52,509 nucleotides of DNA from Candidatus Methylomirabilis sp. (GTDB lineage: Bacteria; Methylomirabilota; Methylomirabilia; Methylomirabilales; CSP1-5), in contig JAAXQN010000213.1 of the NCBI GenBank assembly GCA_012974305.1, positions 1-52,509 of the forward strand. Reading direction: 5' to 3'. A model generated the notes under the pieces. That model worked only from the letters and a program-made list of their open reading frames with translations. It did not search any database and had not been told where the DNA came from. Below are positions 35,692 to 42,691 of this stretch, piece by piece; positions within the stretch are counted from its first letter, which is position 1, and each line of letters opens with the position of its first letter. The translations under genes and the position numbers were made by a program.

Positions 35692-36542
35692 CCATCCCGA
35701 CCGCACCGCTTTTGGAATTGAGCACTCTCTGGATCCAGGTGACCGGGACATGGTGTAACCTGACCTGCACCCATTGTCTCAACAGCAGCGGTCCCCACAA
35801 TCCCTGGCTCAAAAGCTTGGACACAGATATGGTGATCCGGTCCATCAAGGAGGGAGCCGAACTCGGCATCAAAGAGATCTACTACACCGGAGGAGAGCCT
35901 TTCCTTCACAAAGATATGCTCCTTCTCACCGCCCACGCCCTCGAGGTGGCACCGACCACGATCCTGACAAACGGAACCCTGATTACAGAACAGGTTGCGG
36001 ACCATCTGGCGGCGTTGGCCCAAAACTCTCCCTACTCCCTCGAGATCCGGATCAGCATCGACGATGTGGATCCGGAAAAGAATGACCGAATCAGAGGAAA
36101 GGGGGCATTTTCGAAAGCCATCCGGGCGCTGCAGGTGCTTCACAGTCGCGGACTTCTCCCTATCGTCACTGCCACGGAAATCTTGAGGGATGAGCTGCCA
36201 GAAGGGAGCGGGATGTACGAGCAATTTCGGGACCTCCTCCTCTCGCTCGGCATCACCAAGCCTCGAATGAAGATCATGCCCGTTTTTTCCATTGGGCGGA
36301 TGGAAGGAGAGGGGGGGCCGCTGCTCACGCCGGAAATGCTTGACGGGTTCGACTATTCCCTCCTCCAGTGTTCGGAGACCCGCGTGGTGGCTGAAGGGGG
36401 GGTGTACGCCTGTCCCATCCTGGCCGGGCTGCCGCAGGCACGCCTTTCCGAGAAGAGCCTCAAGGAGGCATTCAAACCCTGCGACCTCTACCACACGGCG
36501 TGCGTGACCTGCTATGAGACAGGGATGACGTGCAAGAACTGA
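35688..36542 (+). CDS. Radical SAM protein with C-terminal Cys-rich domain, ArsS (TIGR04167)-like
   Basis: 'WCNLTCTHC' is a CX3CX2C motif. 'YYTGGEPFL' and 'DRIRGKGAFSKAIRALQVL' follow, and the C-terminus is 'CSETRVVAEGGVYACP...CDLYHTACVTCYETGMTC'. The TTG start overlaps the SSS stop as TTGA. Confidence 0.75.
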   Translation: MTIPTAPLLELSTLWIQVTGTWCNLTCTHCLNSSGPHNPWLKSLDTDMVIRSIKEGAELGIKEIYYTGGEPFLHKDMLLLTAHALEVAPTTILTNGTLITEQVADHLAALAQNSPYSLEIRISIDDVDPEKNDRIRGKGAFSKAIRALQVLHSRGLLPIVTATEILRDELPEGSGMYEQFRDLLLSLGITKPRMKIMPVFSIGRMEGEGGPLLTPEMLDGFDYSLLQCSETRVVAEGGVYACPILAGLPQARLSEKSLKEAFKPCDLYHTACVTCYETGMTCKN

Positions 36543-36545
36543 GAT

Positions 36546-36580
36546 GGTTCAGGGTTGAGAGTTGAGGGTTCAGGGTCACA
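36546..36580. repeat. Tandem heptanucleotide array (5 units, GGTTSAG)
   Basis: ggttcag ggttgag agttgag ggttcag ggtcaca, beginning 4 nt after the rSAM stop codon. Confidence 0.8.
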
Positions 36581-36636
36581 TAAGGCGTAAAGAACAAATC
36601 ATGAATCCCGACCGCTAACAAAACGTCTTGAATCTA

Positions 36637-36692
36637 TGAACCATGAACTCTGAACTATGAACTGTGAGCAGTGAACCATGAACCGTGAACCA
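36637..36692. repeat. Tandem heptanucleotide array (8 units, TGAACYN), inverted relative to 36546-36580
   Basis: tgaacca tgaactc tgaacta tgaactg tgagcag tgaacca tgaaccg tgaacca, with exact 7-nt phasing. It overlaps the phosphoesterase start codon at 36678. Confidence 0.8.
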
Positions 36693-37478
36693 AAGGAGTA
36701 CAGGCGGATTGCCGTCTGTGGGGGGATCTACAACAACTATCTCGCCCTCGAGGCCGCGCTGGAAGATATTCGGCGGCGAGAGGTCGAGGCCGTTTTTTGC
36801 CTCGGAGATATGGGGGCCTTTGGTCCACACCCGGATCGGGTCTTCCCCCTGCTGGGGGAGGGAAAGGTCCTGGCCATCCAGGGCAATTACGACCAGTCCC
36901 TCGCGACCGGCCTGGATAACTGTCATTGCGGCTACACTGACCCACGGGACAACTACTTCGCCCAACTGAGCTACGAGTACACCTTCCGAAAGACCTCGCA
37001 CGAAAACAAGGCGTGGCTTGGCAAGCTGGCGACGCATCGGCGTGTGAAACTCGGACAGTACCGCGTTCTCATGTGTCACGGCTCTCCGCGGCGGACCAAC
37101 GAGTTCCTGTGGGAGAGCACCTCGCCCAACTGCCTTCTGGAAAAGTTCTGTCGGGACTTCGAGACCGACATCCTCCTCTGCACCCACACCGGGATCAAAT
37201 GGCATCGGGCCCTCGACGGGTACGGCCACATCATTAACGTGGGGACCATTGGCCGACCCGAGAACGACGGTCAAGTGCATGTCTGGTACACTCTGCTTAC
37301 CGCTGGGGATGACCTCCAGGTGGAGTTTATCCCGGTGCGCTACGACCACGAAACGCTGGCGCGGGAGATGGAAAAAGAGGGTCTACCGTCGGAGTTCATC
37401 GAGACCATCCGGACCGGCTGGTGGACTACGTGCCTCGAAATCCTCCCGGCCAAGGAGCGAGCTCGCGGCAAATATTGA
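36678..37478 (+). CDS. Metallophosphoesterase-family protein with an atypical motif I
   Basis: 'LGDMGAFGP', 'QGNYD', 'MCHGSPR' and 'CTHTGIKW' match calcineurin-like phosphoesterase motifs II-V. Motif I reads 'CGGIYNN' instead of 'DxHG'. Confidence 0.8.
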   Translation: MNREPKEYRRIAVCGGIYNNYLALEAALEDIRRREVEAVFCLGDMGAFGPHPDRVFPLLGEGKVLAIQGNYDQSLATGLDNCHCGYTDPRDNYFAQLSYEYTFRKTSHENKAWLGKLATHRRVKLGQYRVLMCHGSPRRTNEFLWESTSPNCLLEKFCRDFETDILLCTHTGIKWHRALDGYGHIINVGTIGRPENDGQVHVWYTLLTAGDDLQVEFIPVRYDHETLAREMEKEGLPSEFIETIRTGWWTTCLEILPAKERARGKY

Positions 37479-37480
37479 GA

Positions 37481-37578
37481 GACCGTTGACCGTTCACCGA
37501 CGACCGACGACAGCTTGGAAGAGAACAACAGCAGAAAGAGGAAGGGTCTTGGCGGTCAACGGTCGTCGGACGTCGGTC
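37481..37578. repeat. Second pair of heptanucleotide arrays (GACCGTT/GACCGAC units and their complements)
   Basis: Left arm 37481-37511: gaccgtt gaccgtt caccgac gaccgac gac. Right arm 37551-37578: ggcggtc aacggtc gtcggac gtcggtc. The right-arm units are complements of the left-arm units but in the same order. Confidence 0.75.
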
Positions 37579-37599
37579 ATCTCCAGTGGTGATGCCGAG

Positions 37600-38339
37600 A
37601 TGAAGAGCACCCGTTGGGTAAGTAAATTCACGAACAGTGTACTCGTTCAGGTCTTCAAACATTTTCCGTGGTTGGCCGAGCGCTGGGCAAGAAGCCACCA
37701 GTTTATCGAAGGCAAGGGCATCCCCTGGACCCCCCTCGGCAAGCCTCTTCGAGAGTGCCGCATTGCAATGGTCACCACCGCGCCTTTCCCGCTGATGTGG
37801 ACAAAACCGACCTCACGATCACCCACAAGTACTACGATCATTCCGCGGCAGATAGCGACATCAACGTCGTCCTCCCCATCGACCGGCTCCAGGAACTCAG
37901 GGATGAAGGAGTGATCGGAAACATCACGTCCACCCTGTATAGCTTCATGGGCCACATCGACGGTCCGCACCTGAAGACCCTCATGGAGGAGACAGCGCCC
38001 GAGGTCGCGGAACTCCTGGTCCGGGACGGGGCCGAGGCCGTTTTTCTCACGCCCGCCTGAGGTCTGTGCAACCAGGCCGTGGGCCTGATGCAGCGGACGA
38101 TCGAGGCCAGGGGGATTCCCACCATAGGCATCACCCTCCAGAAAGAGATCACAAAGCAGGTCAAGCCCCCCCGGGCCCTCTACCTTCGTTATCCCTTTGG
38201 CCATCCGCTCGGGGAGGCTTTTCAGGTTAAGCAGCAGCGGACCATTTTGCTCGAGACGCTCAAGGGTCTGGAGACCATCAAGGACCCAGGGACTATTCTG
38301 GAACCAGGCTATGTCTGGCGACGGCACCGCTTTGACTGA
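37600..38339 (+). pseudogene. GrdB-family (glycine/sarcosine/betaine reductase selenoprotein B-like) gene with in-frame UGA (candidate Sec) and an apparent frameshift near 37780-37790
   Basis: Frame 1 reads 'GIPWTPLGKPLRECRIAMVTTA'. Frame 0 continues 'AFPADVDKTDLTITHKYYDHSAADSDINVVLPIDRLQELRDEGVIG...AVFLTPA-[TGA 38058-38060]-GLCNQAVGLMQRTIEARGIPTIGITL...PPRALYLRYPFGHPLG'. The track ORFs 37668-38060 and 38079-38339 share a frame. Confidence 0.6.
38073..38087 (+). promoter_or_regulatory. SECIS-like hairpin downstream of UGA 38058
   Basis: CAGGCC-GUG-GGCCUG is a perfect 6-bp stem that can be extended by flanking GCA/UGC pairing. The loop GUG lies at +19 to +21 from the UGA. Confidence 0.4.
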
Positions 38340-38452
38340 AGTGGTAGCGGGATTGACTTATGAACCTACTGGCCTAGTATTAAGATGGTACTGGAACCTG
38401 ATTGTCCTCACCTCTCACAGTTCATCTGCGATGTTTGTTAGGAGTTTAGCCG

Positions 38453-39124
38453 ATGCGACTCCTCGTCGTGGAAGACGAGAAAAAGGTTGCCCGCTTCGTC
38501 AAGAAAGGGCTGGAAGAGGAGGGCTACGCGGTTGACGTCGCCCCCGATGGGGAGGAGGGCTTAGCGATGGCCCTGGATGGAGTCCATGACCTCCTCATCC
38601 TCGACATCCACCTGCCCAGAATGGATGGACTCGGCATCCTACAAGAGCTCCGAAAGAAAAAAGTGGCCACACCCGTCCTCCTCCTCACGGTGCGGGCCGC
38701 CATTGAGGACAAGGTCTTGGGCCTGGATGCGGGTGCTGACGACTACCTCACCAAGCCCTTCGCATTCCAGGAACTCCTCGCCAGAGTCCGGGCCTTGCTC
38801 CGACGACGAGCTGAGGCAGAGGCGCCGGTCCTCCAGGTTGCCGATCTGACGCTCGACCCGGCCCGGCGTCTTGCCTCGCGTGGCGGTGAGAAGATCGACC
38901 TGACCTCGAAAGAGTTCGCCCTTTTGGCCTACTTCATGCGAAACCCTGGACGGGTGCTGACCAGGACCATGATTTCCGAGCACGTCTGGGACTATGACTT
39001 CGACACCATGACCAACGTCATCGATGTCTACGTGAACTACCTCAGGAAGAAGATCGACGCCGGCCGGGAGCCGAAGTTGATCCACACGGTGCGAGGAGCG
39101 GGCTACGTGCTGAAAGCGGAGTGA
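38453..39124 (+). CDS. OmpR/PhoB-family response regulator
   Basis: Receiver domain ('LLVVEDE', 'DLLILDIHLPRMDG', 'LTKPF') plus a winged-helix output domain ('LTSKEFALLAYFMRNPGRVLTR...IHTVRGAGYVL'). Confidence 0.9.
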   Translation: MRLLVVEDEKKVARFVKKGLEEEGYAVDVAPDGEEGLAMALDGVHDLLILDIHLPRMDGLGILQELRKKKVATPVLLLTVRAAIEDKVLGLDAGADDYLTKPFAFQELLARVRALLRRRAEAEAPVLQVADLTLDPARRLASRGGEKIDLTSKEFALLAYFMRNPGRVLTRTMISEHVWDYDFDTMTNVIDVYVNYLRKKIDAGREPKLIHTVRGAGYVLKAE

Positions 39125-40533
39125 CCATGCGCATCCGGTCCATCAGGGCACGCCTCACCCTCTGGTACACAAGCCTCCTGACCGTGACCTTTCTCCTCTT
39201 GGGAGGCACGGCCTATGGACTCTTGGTGTATAACCTTTCCCATGACTCGGATTCCGCCCTCAAAGGGGTCGCCCAGATCCTGGCCCAACAGACCCCTCGG
39301 GGATCCACCACGTTCTTTCGCCCGGACATCGATGATGTTTTCCGCCGCTTCTTCGGTTTCTCCCCGTTCGATCGATACTTTGAGATGCGTGATCCGTTTG
39401 GCCGGCGCGATCCCCGATGGCCTCGCCCCAGCTCCGGGAAGCTGCCGCTCAGCCCAGCAGCCCTGAAGAACGCCTCAGACGGACGTCCCACGTTCGAGAC
39501 AATAGAGGGCATGGGGCAATATCCGGTCCGGGTGCTGACCTTTCCCATCGTCAGGGCCGGCCGTGTCGTAAATCTCATCCAGGTGGGCATGTCACTGGAG
39601 AGTATGTACATGACGCGTCATCGCTTTCTCCTGATCATGGCAGCGATGCTTCCCCTCAGTCTTTTGTTAGCAGGCGGGGGCGGATGGATCTTGGCCCATC
39701 GGGCACTCAAGCCGGTGGACCGCATGACGGATGCCGCCCGTCGAATCAGCGCGGAACATCTCGCCGAGCGCCTCGGAGAGACCGGTACCCAAGACGAACT
39801 GGACCGGCTGGCGAAAACCCTCAACGAAATGCTCGGGCGTTTAGACGCCGCCTTTAGCCAGATCCGTCAATTTAGTGCCGACGCCTCCCACGAACTTCAA
39901 ACCCCCCTTACCATCCTGAAAGGTGAGCTGGAGGTCGCCCTTCGCTCGCCGAGGAGCCCAGACGAATATCAGCGCATCCTCAAGAGTGCCCTCGAAGAGA
40001 TCGACAGGATCGCCCATCTGGTAGAGGGCCTTTTACTCCTCGCACGCGCCGATGCCGGGGTGCTTCGAATGGACCGCCAACCGGTCGACTTAGCCCAGCT
40101 CGTGGAAGAGGTCTATGGACAGACCAAGGTCCTGGCCGACACCCATGCCCTCACCCTCGACCTAGGGCTGGTCGAGCCCATTTCAATCCAGGGGGATTAC
40201 GAGCGCCTCAGGCGGCTTCTCCTGAACCTGGTGGACAACGGGATCAAGTACACGCCAACCGGCGGCCACGTCACACTTTCCGTGCAACGGGATGGAGGAT
40301 GGGTATCTCTCCAGGTCTCAGATACCGGGATTGGCCTCTCCGGTGAAGACCAGGAGCGGATCTTTCAACGGTTCTACCGAGCTGTCGAGGCCCGCTCGCA
40401 CGGTGAAAGCGGTGCCGGTCTGGGACTCTGTATCGCCCGCTCGATCGCCGAGGCCCATGGCGGAAGGATCGAGGTCGAAAGCACCACCGGGCAAGGAAGT
40501 ACCTTTACCGTCCTGCTTCCCCTCAATTCCTGA
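39121..40533 (+). CDS. Sensor histidine kinase (2 TM, HAMP, HisKA, HATPase_c; CusS/BaeS-like)
   Basis: H-box 'FSADASHELQTPLT', N-box 'NLVDNGIKYT', G-boxes 'DTGIGL' and 'GAGLGL'. GTGA overlap with the regulator gene. Confidence 0.9.
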   Translation: MTMRIRSIRARLTLWYTSLLTVTFLLLGGTAYGLLVYNLSHDSDSALKGVAQILAQQTPRGSTTFFRPDIDDVFRRFFGFSPFDRYFEMRDPFGRRDPRWPRPSSGKLPLSPAALKNASDGRPTFETIEGMGQYPVRVLTFPIVRAGRVVNLIQVGMSLESMYMTRHRFLLIMAAMLPLSLLLAGGGGWILAHRALKPVDRMTDAARRISAEHLAERLGETGTQDELDRLAKTLNEMLGRLDAAFSQIRQFSADASHELQTPLTILKGELEVALRSPRSPDEYQRILKSALEEIDRIAHLVEGLLLLARADAGVLRMDRQPVDLAQLVEEVYGQTKVLADTHALTLDLGLVEPISIQGDYERLRRLLLNLVDNGIKYTPTGGHVTLSVQRDGGWVSLQVSDTGIGLSGEDQERIFQRFYRAVEARSHGESGAGLGLCIARSIAEAHGGRIEVESTTGQGSTFTVLLPLNS

Positions 40534-40582
40534 GCAAGCCACCCATCGGCCCCCCTTTTCGATTCCCTTCCATGAGCAATTT

Positions 40583-40609
40583 CTAACCCTTGGCTAATCT
40601 CCCTCTAAT
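40583..40609 (+). promoter_or_regulatory. Three CTAAY direct repeats phased 11 bp apart upstream of degP (possible response-regulator site)
   Basis: CTAAC at 40583, CTAAT at 40594 and CTAAT at 40605. A TATATT -10-like hexamer follows at 40620-40625. Confidence 0.3.
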
Positions 40610-40709
40610 GGTCTTCCTCTATATTCATCTCTGTTAAAGCCAAAGGGGCGTTCCGTCATCGGGGCGGATGGCTCGGCAAATCCTTGACAGAAACAGAGGA
40701 GGATCACTA

Positions 40710-42200
40710 ATGGGGTACAGAGTACGGGAGTACTTGAACCACAAGCGATTTGGGCCAACGACGTTGGCGGCTGTCGCCTTGTCTTTTCTCCTGGTCGGCC
40801 TTGGTATGGCGGCCGACCTCCATGGAAAAGGCCCTTCAGAGCTTGAGGATCACGACACCAGAGCCAAGACATTGGCGGCGCCGGCCAAACCCAGCTCCTT
40901 TGCCGATCTGGCGAATAAACTGGGACCGACCGTCGTCAATATTAAGGTAACCAAGATTGAGAAAGTTGCAGCCTTTCAATGGCCCCAGAGTCCAGAAGGG
41001 CCCTTCGGAGAGTTCTTTAAACGATTTTCCAAGGAGATGCCACACCCCCCCGAGCACTTTCGTACCCAGGGGGCAGGGTCGGGAGTCATCATCAGCCGTG
41101 ACGGCTACATCGTGACGAACAACCATGTGGTGGAAGGCGCCAAGGAGGTGACCGTTACCTTGTCCGACAAGCAGGAGCGCACAGCGCGGATCGTGGGACG
41201 AGATCCCAAAACAGACCTGGCGGTGCTGAGGATCGACACATCGGAGCCTCTCCCCGTCGCGGCCATGGGTGACTCCGATCACCTGAACGTCGGTGACTGG
41301 GTCGTTGCCATCGGGAACCCGTTTGGCTTGAGCAACACCGTGACCGCCGGGATCGTGAGCGCCAAGGGACGCATCATCGGTGCCGGCCCTTACGATGATT
41401 TCATTCAGACCGATGCTTCCATCAACCCAGGTAACTCCGGCGGCCCCCTGTTCAACGTGAGGGGTGAGGTGGTCGGTATCAACACTGCGATCAATCCCAT
41501 GGGGCAAGGGATCGGATTTGCCATCCCGATCAACATGGTCAAGCCTCTGATTCCGCAGTTGGTGGCGACCGGTGAGGTAACCCGCGGCTACCTCGGGGTC
41601 AGCATCCAGTCGATCACCCCTGACTTGGCGAAGGCGCTCAAGCTAGAGAACAGGAAAGGAGCCCTTGTGGGAGACGTTGTATCGGCGAGCCCTGCTAAAA
41701 AGGCAGGGATCCGGCGCGGTGACGTGATCATCGCCTTTAACAACAAGACGGTTGAAGGCGTCCGCAACCTGCCAGCCACGGTTGCCGAAACTCCGGTGGG
41801 CCAGGAGGTCACCGTCACCATTCTCCGGGAGGGCATAAAACACCAGCTTCCCATCACCGTGGGAAAGCTCTCCTCCGAGTCGGCCAATGGTGAGGAGTCC
41901 AGCAAGGCCGCAAAGGGCAAGTGGGGATTTCTGCTCCAGGATGTAACCCCTCAGATGGCGAAGGAGCTTGGCCTGAACGCTGATCACGGCGTAGTAGTCG
42001 CCGGCGTCCAGCCTGGGAGCCCTGCGGATCTGGCAGGCATCCGTACGGGTGACATCATCCTCCAGGTGAATCGCCAACCGGCGAACTCGGTTAAAGACGT
42101 CACGGATGTCATCGCCAAAGCCGACGACGAAGAAACGCTCTTGCTCCTGGTGAAGCGGGACCGAGGAAGTTTCTTCGTCGCTCTGGAGAAGAAAGCATGA
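40710..42200 (+). CDS. htrA: Periplasmic serine endoprotease DegP/HtrA (Do family, two PDZ domains)
   Basis: Catalytic motifs 'TNNHVV', 'DLAVLRI' and 'GNSGGPLF' are followed by two PDZ-like regions. ATG 40710 follows SD AGAGGAGGA. Confidence 0.9.
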   Translation: MGYRVREYLNHKRFGPTTLAAVALSFLLVGLGMAADLHGKGPSELEDHDTRAKTLAAPAKPSSFADLANKLGPTVVNIKVTKIEKVAAFQWPQSPEGPFGEFFKRFSKEMPHPPEHFRTQGAGSGVIISRDGYIVTNNHVVEGAKEVTVTLSDKQERTARIVGRDPKTDLAVLRIDTSEPLPVAAMGDSDHLNVGDWVVAIGNPFGLSNTVTAGIVSAKGRIIGAGPYDDFIQTDASINPGNSGGPLFNVRGEVVGINTAINPMGQGIGFAIPINMVKPLIPQLVATGEVTRGYLGVSIQSITPDLAKALKLENRKGALVGDVVSASPAKKAGIRRGDVIIAFNNKTVEGVRNLPATVAETPVGQEVTVTILREGIKHQLPITVGKLSSESANGEESSKAAKGKWGFLLQDVTPQMAKELGLNADHGVVVAGVQPGSPADLAGIRTGDIILQVNRQPANSVKDVTDVIAKADDEETLLLLVKRDRGSFFVALEKKA

Positions 42201-42451
42201 GACCGACAAGAGCAATAAAGTCAAGCAGTCAGAACGTTGATCAAAAGCTTGTCATCTTAAACCGGGCAAAGCGCGGCGACCCTCGGGCGAGGAAGACGCT
42301 ACGGGAGATAGGTCTGTTGTATTGGGAGCATAACGGAAGAGTGATCGTGAGACGACTTTGGGAAAGGAGTACCGAAGGCATAAGCCCGATATGGTTGACA
42401 TTCTCCCGATACGCGCGCTACCCGGGATAGTTCTGCACTTCTTTCTCAAAC

Positions 42452-42481
42452 GGGACGAGGGTGCTACGGCACCCTCGTCCC
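42452..42481 (+). terminator. Perfect 13-bp GC-rich hairpin downstream of degP
   Basis: GGGACGAGGGTGC-TACG-GCACCCTCGTCCC. No clear U-tract follows on the plus strand, so its role as a terminator is tentative. Confidence 0.45.
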
Positions 42482-42691
42482 GTACCCACGCTCCAGTTTA
42501 CCCTCCGACCCATTGTCCCACCGGATACCTCACCAAGGATGGTACAGGTACCCTTGCTTCTCCGGCCCTCGAATCTACTGAAACAGGATCTCGGGCCCTC
42601 CCTTGATAAACCGTTTCAGATGAGGTAACGTCCTGTCATCGTTGTCCGATTCACATGGACTTGCCAGGACAGGCGGATCCGTCGTGCACAG

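Noticed and set aside
36540-36542. TGA ending the ArsS-like radical SAM gene as a possible third Sec codon, since ArsS-type proteins can carry Sec near the C-terminus
   Set aside because: The last Cys of the C-x2-C-x6-C cluster is already encoded ('MTCKN') before the TGA. Read-through would translate the heptamer repeat array into 'DGSGLRVEGSGSHKA', which resembles nothing. No SECIS-like hairpin sits at the expected spacing.
34258-37349. Long minus-strand ORFs 34258-35022, 35640-36494 and 36615-37349. The same applies to plus-strand ORFs 632-1327 and 5632-6252 and minus-strand ORF 15269-15985 elsewhere.
   Set aside because: All lie fully inside, and antisense to, genes with clear family signatures. 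They are typical high-GC shadow ORFs.
36546-37578. Heptamer arrays as a CRISPR array or as transposon terminal inverted repeats
   Set aside because: The units are 7 nt with no spacers, and no cas, transposase or integrase genes are present. The enclosed gene is an ordinary metallophosphoesterase. I report them as repeats and structures only.
37647-38327. 226-aa minus-strand ORF covering the GrdB-like locus
   Set aside because: It is antisense to a sequence with strong family motifs on the plus strand. It has no SD and no motif. It is probably what a gene caller would pick because the sense gene has a UGA and a frameshift.
42197-42430. 77-aa ORF overlapping the degP stop (ATGA), possibly a coupled small protein
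   Set aside because: Its third-position composition is AT-rich (aga, ata, tta, aaa codons), unlike every confident gene here. It has no motif. The region is more simply the 3' UTR that leads to the 42452-42481 hairpin. I could not exclude it entirely.
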